A stretch of DNA of 63,929 nt, the filler included, from Octopus bimaculoides (taxonomy: Eukaryota), in NCBI RefSeq assembly GCF_001194135.2. It is 7 parts of 6 records of this genome, joined end to end, with 100 filler letters (N's around TTAATTAATTAA, not from the genome) between each part and the next. Parts side by side here need not be neighbours in the genome. Positions count along the whole stretch, not along the records: positions 1 to 11,548 come from NC_068992.1; positions 11,649 to 31,513 come from NC_069004.1; 5 more parts are not named here. One strand, 5' to 3'. The notes beneath the pieces were generated by a model. The model saw only the letters and a program-made list of their open reading frames with translations, ran no database searches and was not told the DNA's origin. The translations under genes and the position numbers were made by a program. Of this stretch, positions 1 through 12,518 are shown piece after piece. Within the stretch, counting starts at the first letter, position 1. Each line of letters starts with the position of its first letter.

Positions 1-8
1 GTGTGTAT

Positions 9-46
<38 letters not shown>

Positions 47-542
47 CGTAGTGGAAGGAATTAGTAGCAGGAATAGTTAGTGGATGCTTATGGACAATGT
101 TAAGTGGAAGGTCAGCTGGCGGTTTTTGAGTATGTGTGTGTTCGTGTGTGTGTTTGTGTGGGGTTGTAGGTGTTGAGCACGTGTACGTGTGTGTGTGTCT
201 GTATTTTGTATGTGCGCGTGTGTGTATGTGTATGTTTTTGTGCGTGCGTGTGTGTTTGTGTGTATGTGTATGTTGTGTATATGTGCGTTGCTGTGTACGT
301 GTGTGTGCGTGCGTTTGCTATTGTATGTGCGTGTGTTGTTTATGCCCATGTGTGTGTGATTATATGCGTGTCTGTGTGAGTGTGTACTGTCTGTGAGAAG
401 TGTGTGTGCGTGTGTGTGTATGTGGGTGTGTGCGTGTGTGTGNNNNNNNNNNNNNNNNNNNNNNNNNNNNNNNNNNNNNNNNNNNNNNNNNNNNNNNNNN
501 NNNNNNNNNNNNNNNNNNNNNNNNNNNNNNNNNNNNNNNNNN

Positions 543-990
543 GTAACGTCAGTGTGCACACACGACAGAGTGTAACCGCCCTGAGAGAAATGTTAAATAT
601 AAGAAGCATCGGATGTGGCGTGCAGGAGAGACGTTTGTGTTGGTATGGTGATGTACTGCGAATGGACGAGGAGAGCTGTGTGAAGAAGTGCCACTTCTAA
701 ACAGTTGAAGGAATCTGAGGTAGAGGTAGACCCAGAAGGAAATGGGGTGAGGTGGTGGAGCCTGACCTTCGAACGTTGGGCCTCACGGAGGCAATGACAA
801 AAGACCGAAACCTCTGGAGTTATGTTGTTACTGAGAAAACCCGGCAAATAAAGTGAGTTCACAGCTGTAACCACGTCAGCGCTGCATAACCAACCCACTC
901 CAAAGTACCTTGGATCGTAGAGCGACATGCCGTGTTTGATGGGTCCTATTGAGTCAAATACATCAACATCAACATCAATATCAAAATCAA
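543..990 (+). mobile_element. RTE-clade LINE 3' fragment (ORF C-terminus, 3' UTR, (CATCAA)n tail)
   Basis: Translates as RRLCWYGDVLRM...GRGRPRRKWGEVVEPDL with stops, matching the RTE C-terminal RLRWFGHV/GRPRKTW motifs. Confidence 0.8.
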
Positions 991-1019
991 ATCAAATTAC
1001 AACCAAATGGAAATTGTAG

Positions 1020-1616
1020 TTATGACCCCCGGTTATGCCCGGATGCAGTACCAGGCAGTGGTTCTCATGGCTTCTGATCTTAATTGATTGGAAGTGTTAT
1101 CATGTACATTGCTTTGTCTTGGTATAAAAGATGGGCTACAGCAAATATTCTGCTCAATACCACAGATTTGCTTGTCAGTTGTTTGACCTTAACCAGTTGA
1201 GCATGTCCCTTGGTGGCTGACGATATGTGCATCTCTGATCATAAGCAGAAGTAGTGGGGGAGCATCATAGCCATGTGTTGAGAGGGATTCTTTGGGGTTT
1301 GAATAATTCACTATTGGAAACATGGGTGTTTTGCTCAACATCCTTAAACAAACCTTATTCAGGGACCGTTTGAGCGGGATGGGCTACTCGACCTGAAAAA
1401 CATTCTAACTGGGTCCCACCTGCGAGGTCATGCGCTGTTTATATTGATATGAGATCACCATGTCGCGCACATATGGTTGTGATGCATGTGCCTGGTGTAC
1501 CCTTATCAGACGGGTAGTCATGATGGGTATATTGGGCTTCGTATATTTTACCCCAGTGTCACTTTGATGGCATGCCCTGCTCTCTCACTCAATAATAATA
1601 ATAATAATAATAATAA
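1020..1616 (+). mobile_element. Interspersed repeat, probable non-LTR retrotransposon 3' UTR ending in (AAT)n
   Basis: Complex non-coding sequence ending abruptly in an (AAT)n tail at ~1590-1616; family assignment is inference. Confidence 0.45.
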
Positions 1617-1660
1617 TGTATATAATATAGACCTCTAAAGGTGAATTCATATATAGTGTG

Positions 1661-1714
1661 CCTTGCTGATGAGAAAAAGATTTTGAACTAATCCAGAAGT
1701 TGATCAATTCAAGG
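1661..1714 (+). ncRNA. Hammerhead-like motif (variant or degenerate)
   Basis: CCTTG-CTGATGA(1666-1672)...GATT/AATC...CA-GAAG-TTGATCAA-TT-CAAGG; 5-bp stem I, palindromic stem III, A15.1 replaced by G. Confidence 0.55.
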
Positions 1715-1877
1715 CTAACTAATTTATGAATTTCTGCGAACCTACTCCCTCGATTTTAACACGTTGTATATTCTGTAACAGTGATACTTTTTAAGTGGTT
1801 TGGCGATTTGGCGTCTATTTTCAGCATAGCCATAGTCTCTTCTATGCCCTTAATTATAATTGTATTTTATACTATTA

Positions 1878-1972
<95 letters not shown>

Positions 1973-3679
1973 CTATGTATGTATATGTTTTGCCTGACTT
2001 CTCATTTTCTCCACGACAAAACCACAATGATCATAAAAAGGAAACAAAATACCGGACCATGCACATTGAAAAAAATGCACAGGCACACCAACAACACACA
2101 CTAAAATATTTAAATACAAACAATACATTTTCTGCGCAAAGTACAGCTAAATACTACAACAAACAACAACAATGAAGCCCCTGTTGTTCCATGTAAAATG
2201 AAAAATCACCTCCAAACACGCAGACACATAATACAAAACACCAGAGTATCACAGCATTCTAAAATAACTATGTCTAACGCTCGGGCTTCTCTTTAGCCCA
2301 CCCCAACTCCAAAACATTTTCAGAAATAGTTGCAGAATATATAGTCTGAAGCACTAATGCTTTGACTGGATTCACACAGTTCGCCTCCATTGTGAACAAT
2401 AATAGAATTTACAAAGTGACCTCAATGTAATGACCAGTTTTGCTAGATGTAACATCAGTTTGTCTTTTTCCCTCAATAGCGTCTCTAAAGATACGTATCT
2501 AAGAAAGCAGTATTTATTGTAACGTTATATATATTTGGTAGCAGTGGCTGGTACACTCAGTCAAGGTACAAATTTTGTATGCAGGAAGTGGTGAGAGAAC
2601 ATGTCAATATTGTCATAAAATATCCCATACGATATATATATTGAAGTGTGCAATACGGTGCTCGGTTAAGCGTGGGTATTATGTATCTCAAAAAGCAAAT
2701 CTTTTGATTGCATTTACCTGCCTAGCCAATTGTATTTTCATTCAGAGCAGACTTAGGGATACTGAACAACAATCTCAGCTCAACAGTTTAATTATCATTT
2801 TGAGCACAGCTTTGTGTATGGGAATTGTCTATTTAGTTTCATAAAAACATTTAAGGCGTGATAGATTGGCATAACGCATAACATTTTTTTAATTTCTTAT
2901 TGTCTATCTTTTTACCTTTAAATTTTCATAAAGAAATTGAGTATTGTATGGCATATATCGAAAAGTATAAATAAAAGATCCATATCAAGTGCCAAACTTA
3001 GTATAACATTTATCCTTCTCAGTGACATGTACTAAATATGTAGAAGAGAATGGATGACAGACTGAATTAAGATTACAAGTTTGCGTGGATCACTGCCTAA
3101 GTATTAAATGTCAATGCGTAGTTATCTTTTTGTATCACATAATTTCAGGTCAGCTGTAGTAACAGTTTCATTGTATTCGCAAAGATCATGTCAAATATAT
3201 TCTTGGAAAGGAGAGAAAACAAATTTCCAAACAAATTATCAAACAATTAATGAAAGTAGCGAAAACAAAATATCACAATAAGGTTACAAGCAAAAAATAA
3301 CTTAACAATGGCAGCTAGTTTAGTAAGTAAATGGCTACAGATATCATGGTACATTCTTTATTGTCATAGATTAAAATGAGCGTAGTGACATAGTAAAAGT
3401 GAAAAATGTACGAAATTGTTTTTTAGTATTGTATGACGTTATACTCGATTCCGTTGAGTTGAAATCTACTTTTGTCATAACAGGTTCCTTCATATCAGGT
3501 TCCATAAAATTTTTCCACAAATTAATTTGATTCAACTGAATCGATCAAACAAATTTTGGCCTTATGTCAAGTGCAAAGATATTAATACTTATTGACGCGT
3601 TGAATATTGCACATTTGAGGTAAGATTAAGTGTGTATACTTTCCGTTCTCTTGTCGATATTGCTAAGACCATAATACTG

Positions 3680-3905
3680 GTATCAGGGGAACAGCCTGCT
3701 CATAAATTAATGTGCAAGTAGCTGAGCATTTCACAGACACACATACCTTTAACAATTCTCTGGGAGAATCAGCCTGACACAGAATATAACAAGGCTGGCC
3801 CTTTGAAATACTGATGCTACTCATTTTTGACAGTTGGTCCTTTGAAATACAGGCACTACTCACTTTTGCGACCTTAGTGGACTGGAGCAACGTGAAATAC
3901 GCCAT
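3680..3905 (-). mobile_element. tRNA-derived SINE, body fragment
   Basis: Reverse complement of the SINE body at 3925-4225 and 26823-27187; internal ~39-bp tandem duplication. Confidence 0.7.
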
Positions 3906-3924
3906 GCGCCTTCACACAATCTGA

Positions 3925-4225
3925 AGACGCATGGCTTCGTGGTTAGGGTATTCGGCTTACGATCGTGAGGTCGTGGATTTGATTCCCGGTGGTGCATTGT
4001 ATCCTTTATTTCACGTTAGTCCCGTTCACTCAGCTGACGAAAATGATTTGTACCTGTATTTCAAAGAGTCAGCTTTCTGTAACACGCTGAATTTGCTTGA
4101 GAACTATATTAAAGGGGCACGTGTCTGTGGAGTGCTCAGCCACATGCACGTTAATTTCACAATCAAACAGTTCCATTGTTCGGATCAACTGAATCTTTCA
4201 TCGTCGTAACTGACAGAGTGCCAGT
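3925..4225 (+). mobile_element. tRNA-derived SINE
   Basis: A-box-like TGGCTTCGTGG and B-box-like GGATTTGATTCC; body shared with 26823-27187. Confidence 0.8.
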
Positions 4226-4519
4226 TTTTTTAAGAGCATAATAGGTGCCAAACAAATGGCAACATCCTAACCGGCCACAGTGAACGACTACAATGTGTAT
4301 GTGTGTGTGTATATATATATATATGCAAGATTTTAAATGTAGTTACAAAAATATGTCCTTCTGTTGAAATGAAATTTCAGTAAATTTCTATATCTTTGTG
4401 CAGCTGAGGATTGCTCTGAATTTTACATTTGATGTAATGTTCACATTCCTTAAATAAATGGAGTCGCATGAAATGATCGTACTGCATTAACTTTGGATAT
4501 CCTTGTTGCTTATTTTGAT

Positions 4520-4579
<60 letters not shown>

Positions 4580-4608
4580 TATACACGCAGACATATAAAC
4601 AAACATGT

Positions 4609-4649
<41 letters not shown>

Positions 4650-4721
4650 CAGACAATTTTCATGTATAATGTATATATATCTAGAAAGTGTCTTCTGCAG
4701 TGGGGCATTTACAGCAACATT

Positions 4722-4789
4722 CTGATGAGTTACAGATGGTAGATGAGATATGTCTGTCCGGAAACGATGAAACGATGAAACGATATGTC
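4722..4789 (+). ncRNA. Degenerate hammerhead-like motif
   Basis: CTGATGA 4722-4728, ACAGA/TCTGT stem II, GAAAC (GAAACGAT x3), GTC at 4787-4789; stem I not paired. Confidence 0.45.
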
Positions 4790-4989
4790 TGGGAAATATT
4801 GTGGAGAGACAGGTGTGATTATTTGATCAGGTAACAGACTAATTTTGCCGATGTATATCTGATTTCTGTTTTGACGTCAGCACGAAAACTGAGAAGAAAA
4901 TCTGAAAGGTATTCCAACTAGTTATTGCTGTAGTATACGTTAAGAGCGAATTTCAGCTGTCAGTGAAATCATTCGCCCAAGCAATTGGC

Positions 4990-6200
4990 CACGGGATGCT
5001 AGGCTGTAGCAGCGGTGTGGTACCCAAGGAGACGAGTGAGCCCAATGAACAGGTAAGACTCGAGCTCACATCCTCTGTCCATCGTGAATTGTTGCAGGTT
5101 ACCAAAATGTGATATCCAGAGTTGTACATAAATTTTGGCGATACATTCCGCTGAAAAGCTTAAGACCATCTGGAGAATCGGTTGGTGCAGGTTAGCATAT
5201 GAGTACAATTCTGAATAGGAGGTAAGTGGTTCCACAATGTCGATTTGGATATGTTGGAAATGTAGATCCGGTGTTGTGAAAGTGCCAAATAATAACTTAA
5301 CACTGTAGTGTATTTTAGCTTTTACATGCAGCGCAGCTCCTGATCCATTCTAGGATGTGCTTAATGATACCGGATCATACAGAAAGGGTCGATATCAGCT
5401 TCTGCGTAGAGCTGATAAATAGATGTGATGAACAGTGCTAAGCGGGGGAAAAAAACATCGATGCTTCTATGGTACATATGGGCGGTCATGACCGGTGGAG
5501 GTGTCACAACAAATATAACCTGCAGGAGAAGATAGGAAAACCAGAATTTCAAGGATGAATAATGCAGGAACGTTACAATCTCTTCGTTATTTTCCTGATC
5601 AGCTGCAATCTGTTAAAGGTCGATGACTGAAAAGTTGTGTAATGCATTCAGTTGTATGTGGAAGCGTGTCAACCACTGAGTTGGTTGAACCCTTGATGTG
5701 ACATATGTCCTTAGTATACTGAGATATAAGGGTGAATGGAGAAGTATTCCAAACGTGTTGAACGCATATACGAGTGATCTGTGATCTGTATAGACAGTGA
5801 AAACAGAAACTTTTAACACACGACGAAACTGTTTGACAACCTGAGATGCTGTCATTAATTCCCGTCCAAAATGCTGTATTTAGATTCGATAGGCTACAGT
5901 AGTTTTGAGGAGGACAAAGTGGATTTGTACGGATGAGTAGTTGCTTCAGGAATACTTCTTTAAATATTTCGTTCTGAAGTGTATTGTCTCCCCGAAGAGT
6001 TGTTTCATCCGTCGCAATATTTGTAATTGTTTTCGTTTTTCTTACCACCGATTTCTTCGACTTTTTGGATACGGTGAAGCCGTTTTGCTGTGAAACTGAG
6101 GTGCGTTTGATAAGTTCCGTCTGTAAAGTTCCGTCTGGTGAAAGCGACCTGATGTTATGTGTCATTCGAATCGCAACACTGACCATCCGGTTTTCAAGGA
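4990..6200 (-). mobile_element. Gypsy LTR retrotransposon pol remnant (RNase H and integrase)
   Basis: FTVYTDHRSL, ISQYTKDICHIKGSTNSVVDTL, FQHIQIDIVEPL, WISHFG...TMDRG; frameshifted. Confidence 0.85.
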
Positions 6201-6523
6201 ACTGCGCATCAATATTTAGGAAGGAAACTTAATTAGATCTTTCTTTCTTACCGTATCTATTTATAATTTTCCCTTCAACTGCGAGAGAAACACTACAATT
6301 CGACTAACACTAATATCCATTTCCTTCTCTATTTTAACTTAATATAAAATATTCATCTTATACACTTGTATTTAGAAAGGCCACGTCTTGAAACATCACT
6401 CTTCATCAACTGAACCTATTTCGTGTGAAAAACACACGTGGATTTGTAACAAGTTACATTTAGAGTGGTACCAAACATCACACATATACACACAGATATA
6501 CACGCATACATACACAGGAAGTC

Positions 6524-6556
<33 letters not shown>

Positions 6557-6557
6557 C

Positions 6558-6594
<37 letters not shown>

Positions 6595-7399
6595 CATACA
6601 TACATACATACATACATACATACATACATACATACATACATACATACATACATACATAATGAGAAGAGTAATAAATATCTCCTTTTATATACTTGTATGA
6701 GGTCTCCAAATATTCAAAGTCGCCACATTTACTTTTCAAGTATATTCCAAGTAAAGATTTTATCCCAAGGAAGTTTTCAGACGATTTCAGGTCACATTTG
6801 TAGATAATCGCAAGCTTTTTATCTACTGTTAGATGCACTGTTGCATGTGAAATTAATTTATTTGCCCAAAGCTACAACGAAAAAAGAGCAACACATACAA
6901 AATCAAAATCCAACAGCTCCTAGTTCTAAATTTTTAATTCCAATATTTCGCCTAAAAAATATTCACATGCGAAGTGGTATGTACTACTGTACTACACATA
7001 CACATATGTATGTATGTACGATTGTGTATATGTATATATATCTGTGTGTGTGTATGTATGTGTGTGTGTGTGTGTAAAATTCAACGTCACAAATTTTTGT
7101 TTGATTCAAGATATTTCCAGTTGTTTTAGAATATGTAAGTAATTGTGTGCATGTAAGGATCTTATGTTACTGTATTTCTATGTATATAATGTTTGTACGT
7201 GATTTTTGTACGTTTCGTTATTCTTTATGCATATATTAATACATATGCTTTTGCGCATTTGTTTATTCGAGGAAACTAAAATGAGGAATCCATAGAATGT
7301 TTTACAAATTTTCACTTAGTTACAAATGGATTGAATATGAAGGACCCAGTCAGTTTTCCGAGGTTTGGAACTCTATAGCATGGATATATTAGCTGTATA

Positions 7400-9700
7400 T
7401 TCTTCGATAGTAGACTATTCTTTTTCTCGTATTTTGGATACGACATTCACATCTGCCGGGTAGCCGAACACAACAAAACAATTTAGCTGCTGCTTTCGGT
7501 GTGCATGACCATCTAAAAAACCTTTCCTGTGAATTGCGTTGCAAAAGGTTTGTAGAAACAGCGTCGTATCTCATCTTGCAGACAGCTGCTAATGACATAG
7601 GTGATGTCTTCCTTAGTGCTATTGCGAATTGGCATTCTTTTGTCACAATGTGAATATTCGGAGGCATTGCTGTTTATACAACTGATCGGGTATTTAGTTG
7701 CTATCTAGTGGTCCTTTATATCGAACGAACATCCCAGGTGAGGTTTGATATATTTATCACAGGTCCAATAGATGTTCCTCTTTTCCGGCCAATATTACTG
7801 CTATCTTCTAACTTACGGGTTAGGAACCTATGTATAACTTTCTCCTAAGATGATGGGTGATTCCCTTTGAAGTTTCTGTTTAAGTTACGAGCATAGACTT
7901 TTTTTCTTTTTCCTTCCTATTGCCAGTTACCATATTGTTTCGCAGTGATTCTTCATAAATAACAACCTGTAAATTTATTCTTAGAATTTAAACATGCTAT
8001 GAGCCCCTATTTTCAGCTCATCTGTCTCCGAGTTCTTTTGTACAAGCGTTGCCTGTTAAACAGCTTAGTACACCGAGTCCGGCGTTTATTAGGATGGTGA
8101 GTGTTTCCTGTACTAATTATTAATAATCATATCTCTCCTCCAGTTTCACTTGCGATATGATAAGTTTCCAGAGGGAAGTTTGAACAGTACACACGCTCAT
8201 TTAACCAATTGTGCTGCTTATTTCCAAGAGAAATTACAGCTCAAAATTACTCTGACCATTCTCAGAAGGAGCCTTTACATTCTTGATCAATAAGTCGTTC
8301 GTGAGTTCATAGGTGCCTATAATAAACTTGTATTTATACAACTTCATACCTTTCTTTTGCATCTTTTAAGTTTTATTTTCAATGTAGGCTTTCCTATTTT
8401 TCTCCATAGAGCATCGTTAATTATCATCATATTGTGTCCAACTGTAGTCTCGTATTCACATTATGTATTTTTATGGAGACAAATTTTCTTTTTTGACAAT
8501 ACACTTTCTCGAATCTTTTTTTTTCGACATCTTTTGTTTCACTCAACAATGTGAATTCTTATGTCCGATTTTTCCACACCCATAGCATGGTTTGGGTCTT
8601 GACTATTGCTTTTATATTTTCTTGTCACGACACGTATATATATATTTGAATAATCTTTTTCAATTTTTTTCTGCGCCCTGTCGTAAATTTATAATCCTTT
8701 GGCATTCTTCAGCCACTGTCTGTAGATTTAGTTTCGAATCTTGTTCTAGTTTCGTCAGTATCCGAACCCGTATCTCTGCGTCGTTGCTTGCAGTTAATCC
8801 TAGCACAACTATTAGACATTTGAATATGCCCGGGGTTAATTCGTTTAGTTTAAATTGTTCATATTCCCTGTTTACGATTCCGGCATACGTGACGAAATAT
8901 TCAGTTTCTCTCGGGGTTTTTTGGGGGTTTTTTTCAAATTCAAACAATCCCAGCTAATATTAAATAGTAAACTGCTTTCAATGAATATTTTAGATGACAG
9001 GTTAATTGTTTCCTCGAAACAAATTTCGAATGGTTTTCTCGGCAGGATGTAATTTCATGCTCCGCAGGTGATAATTTTCTTTAAAAAAAGTCGTACCTTC
9101 GTCCATCCAGTTTCCACATTCTTCTTTGATGATTCCTTCATACCTTCTGAAGTATGCAGAAAACGTAATCTCTTCTTGTGAAGAGATATGTCTGTTACGT
9201 GTTTGTTACTGTTTGTAGTGGATTATAAGTAAATTCATCAATTGAATTAGCAGCCTTGTCTTCCGAAAACGAAACTGAAGTGATTTGGACTGCAACAATA
9301 ATTCCAACAACTGTTGATTTTGATGTTGTTGTAGTTGCTGCTATATTTGTTGTTGCTGTTCCTGCTGTTCTTGTTGCTGTTGTAGTTTCCGTTGCAATTG
9401 TACCACGGAAGTCAATAGGTCTTCCATGCTAAGAACGTCCACAGTGAGCTTCGAATATCTCGTCGCCACTCTCATATCCTTGAGTTTGGATACAGACTAC
9501 ACTGCAACAGTCTTGTAACACTACAAACAGTAACAAACACGTAACAGACATATCTCTTCACAAATCTGACTGCACACATCACACTGTATGTCGCACTGTC
9601 AGTGCGCATGCGCCTTTATAAGGTCTAGGACAGTTCACTTGCTATTCCACAGGGGTGTCAGGATTTCGCCACAACATATACATACCTATTACATTGTATG
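7400..9700 (-). mobile_element. Internally deleted Gypsy element: 5' LTR, PBS, gag, CCHC knuckle, protease, post-integrase tail
   Basis: Gag YFVTYAGIVNREYEQFKLNEL...LTKLEQD (8660-8947); KPCYGCGKIGHKNSHC; protease RLQLDT; PBS at 9459-9468; LTR-like region upstream with TATAAA and GCGCATGCGC. Confidence 0.8.
9459..9468 (-). promoter_or_regulatory. Primer-binding site TGGCGACGAG
   Basis: Complementary to the CUCGUCGCCA 3' end of tRNA-Ser(GCU); lies between LTR-like sequence and gag. Confidence 0.7.
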
Positions 9701-9747
9701 TCCTTTAATGTTACATATGTGGTTCTGTGTATGTTCATATATATATA

Positions 9748-11097
9748 TATATTATTCAAAGGAATTCCAAATCTGTCTGCTTTTATGTTTTATTTATATT
9801 CTTATAATATTAATGTAGGATATAGAATATATAATATATTCAGTAAAATTAAATGAAGGACTGATTGTCTTTTTGAATAAATGAAATATTGAATACTGAA
9901 TATTAAATATTAAGTATTGAATATTAAGGGACTAGTAAATTTTCTTGCATTTTAGCAGTCTTCAAGGTCCCACGCTGTGACAGGAGTGTTGACAACTATA
10001 GTTGCTTGGCTGTCTTTTCTCCTTTATATATATTCCTGTGGACAGCAGTGGTAGTTGTTAGCTATTTTTAGAGATGATGCCAAACCATTTTTCAATGTTT
10101 ATTTTTAGAGATGATGACAGCAGTACGTTTTAGAGATTTTTTTGCATTTTAGTTATAGGAATAAGATTTTTAAACCCCAAATAAGATTAATTTAACTTTT
10201 GTTTGTTGAGCTTGGGTTTAAATTTCTTAATGAAGTCTTTTTCCCTTTGTTTCCTCTCAATTTCATTCAGGTTGTAAAGTTTATGAAATGGAAATATCAT
10301 AAAAGTTTTTCGACCACATGTTGCCAGATGGTTACTCAGTAGTATTTGGCGGACTTCTGGATTTTTAATCTGTTGTCAATGCACACGCGAGCGTTCTGAT
10401 AGTGCATTACCTGTCTGGCCAACGTACACTTCTCCACAATTTGGGCATTTGATGCAGTAGATCAAATTTCTGCTTTTGTAGTTCCTGTTCGCGTTTGTGG
10501 ATATTTTCCCTGTTTTTGTGTTCATATATGGGCCGGTATGGATTGATACGGCCGGTATGGATTGCATTTGGACACAGTGAATTTTTGTTGCGAAGGTCAA
10601 ACCTTGCCTTTGTTAACAACTTTTTCAAGTGTTTAGGTTGTCTCTTAGTAAGGGTTATAGTTTGATCTGTGATGATATTACTCAATTCCTTAATTTGTGC
10701 GATGATTGGTAAGTTTGCTTTAGCGATATTGAAGATGTTCTGGTGGCATGGATTGTGTGTCACTCTAAATGGTATGATTTGCTCTTGTTTTTCTTTTCTT
10801 TGCGGTGTCCTCAGTTGTTGTATTGGTATTTTCAAAGCCCGCTAGATACCGTTTTCTATAAGTAGTGACGGGTATTTTTGTTTGAGCAGAAATTCTTTCA
10901 GTTCCGTCAGGCGCTGATTTCTGGTCTAAAGAAATATTCAATATTCAATATTCAATATTTCATTTATTCAATACGACAATCAATACTTCATTCCATTTTA
11001 CTGAATATATTATATATTCTATATCCTACATTAATATTATAAGAATATAAATAAAACATAAAAAGCAGACAGATTTGGAATTCCTTTGAATAATATA
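9748..11097 (-). mobile_element. Penelope-like element, 5'-truncated (RT linker and GIY-YIG endonuclease), with inverted terminal repeats
   Basis: NLIYCIKCPNCGEVYVGQTG (GIY-YIG); PFRVTHNP...KRQPKHLKKLLTKARF linker; ~165-bp inverted repeats at 9748-9925 and 10933-11097. Confidence 0.9.
9928..9971 (-). ncRNA. Hammerhead remnant in the PLE 3' pseudo-LTR
   Basis: Sense strand reads GGGAC-C-TTGAAGA-CTGC-TAAAAT-GCAA-GAAA-ATTT-ACTA-GTCCC; C3 replaced by U. Confidence 0.55.
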
Positions 11098-11128
11098 TTC
11101 CTCTATACACTATTATACAAACCCCTGA

Positions 11129-11535
11129 GTGTCTGTGTGGTAAGTAGCTTGCTTACCAACCACATGGTTCTGGGTTCATTCCCACTGCGTGGCACCTTGG
11201 GCAAGTGTCTTCTACTATAGTTTCGGTCCGACTAAAGCCTTGTGAGTGAATTTGGTAGATGGAAAACTGAAAGAAGCCCGTCGTATATATGTATATATAT
11301 GTGTGTGTATATGTTTCTGTGTCTGTGTTTGTCCCCCCAACATCGCTTGACAACCGATGATGGTGTGTTTACGTCCCCGTAACTTAGCGGTTCGGCAAAA
11401 GAGACCGATAGAATAAGTACTAGGCTTCCAAAGAATAAGTCCTGGAGTCGATTTGCTAGACTAAAGGCGGTGCTCCAGCATGGCCACAGTCAAATGACTG
11501 AAACAAGTAAAGGAGTAAAAAGAGAGTAAAGAGAA
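11129..11535 (+). mobile_element. Near full-length tRNA-derived SINE
   Basis: Head TGTGTGGTAAGTAGC...GGGTTCATTCCC; body and purine-rich tail shared with 34612-35016 and 31615-31840. Confidence 0.85.
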
Positions 11536-11548
11536 TATATGTATATAT

Positions 11549-11648
11549 NNNNNNNNNNNNNNNNNNNNNNNNNNNNNNNNNNNNNNNNNNNNTTAATTAA
11601 TTAANNNNNNNNNNNNNNNNNNNNNNNNNNNNNNNNNNNNNNNNNNNN
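11549..11648. other. Artificial 100-nt contig spacer N44-TTAATTAATTAA-N44
   Basis: Identical construct at 31514-31613, 43668-43767, 48390-48489, 55823-55922 and 62577-62676. Confidence 0.95.
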
Positions 11649-11725
<77 letters not shown>

Positions 11726-12437
11726 GTATATAAGTGTATGTATGTATGGAACACATGAAGTACTGTCAATAGAATGAATTTTAAAAAATACATTATCGTA
11801 TGTATGCAAAATACTTCCAAACCAAAAAAACAAAAACAAAAGATAAAATGCAGTGTAAATAAAAAAAAAGGCGGTGAATTAGTCTTCCATTCTGCTTTTG
11901 TCTTTCCGTGATTTTTTCTCTTGTTGTTGTTGTTCTTATTGTTGATGTTGTTGATTTGATTTGTTTTAAGTGGGTTACCAACCATCTGTGAATAGTTTGT
12001 GACGAACATTTTTTTTTCCTTACAAACATGGCAACGCAATGTGCTTGGCTATAGTTTTGATCATACGTGTGTACAAGAATGCGTATGTATATATACATAC
12101 ATACATATATATATATGTGTATGTGTATTTTTATATGTATATATATATATAAATATATACATATATATACACACATACGTATATATATGCATGCATATAT
12201 ATATATACATATATATATATATATTCATATATACATATTTATACATTTTTATAAACATATGTACATTATTATGCATATCTATCTATCTGTCTGTCTGTCT
12301 GTCTATAAGTATGAATGCTTGTATATATACGTGTATGTATATACACATGCTTAAATCTGTGTGACAGGTCTTCACTTCTTTTTGACTGTAACTATATCCA
12401 TATATATGTGTAAAAGCTTTAATGTACGCATATATAC

Positions 12438-12518
<81 letters not shown>

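Noticed and set aside
4990-9700. Treating both Gypsy remnants as one element
   Set aside because: The 7400-7900 region already looks like a post-integrase terminus, so the 4990-6200 RNase H-integrase piece is probably a separate insertion
11593-11604. Recurrent TTAATTAATTAA palindrome as a biological site
   Set aside because: Always centred in N44 flanks; synthetic spacer
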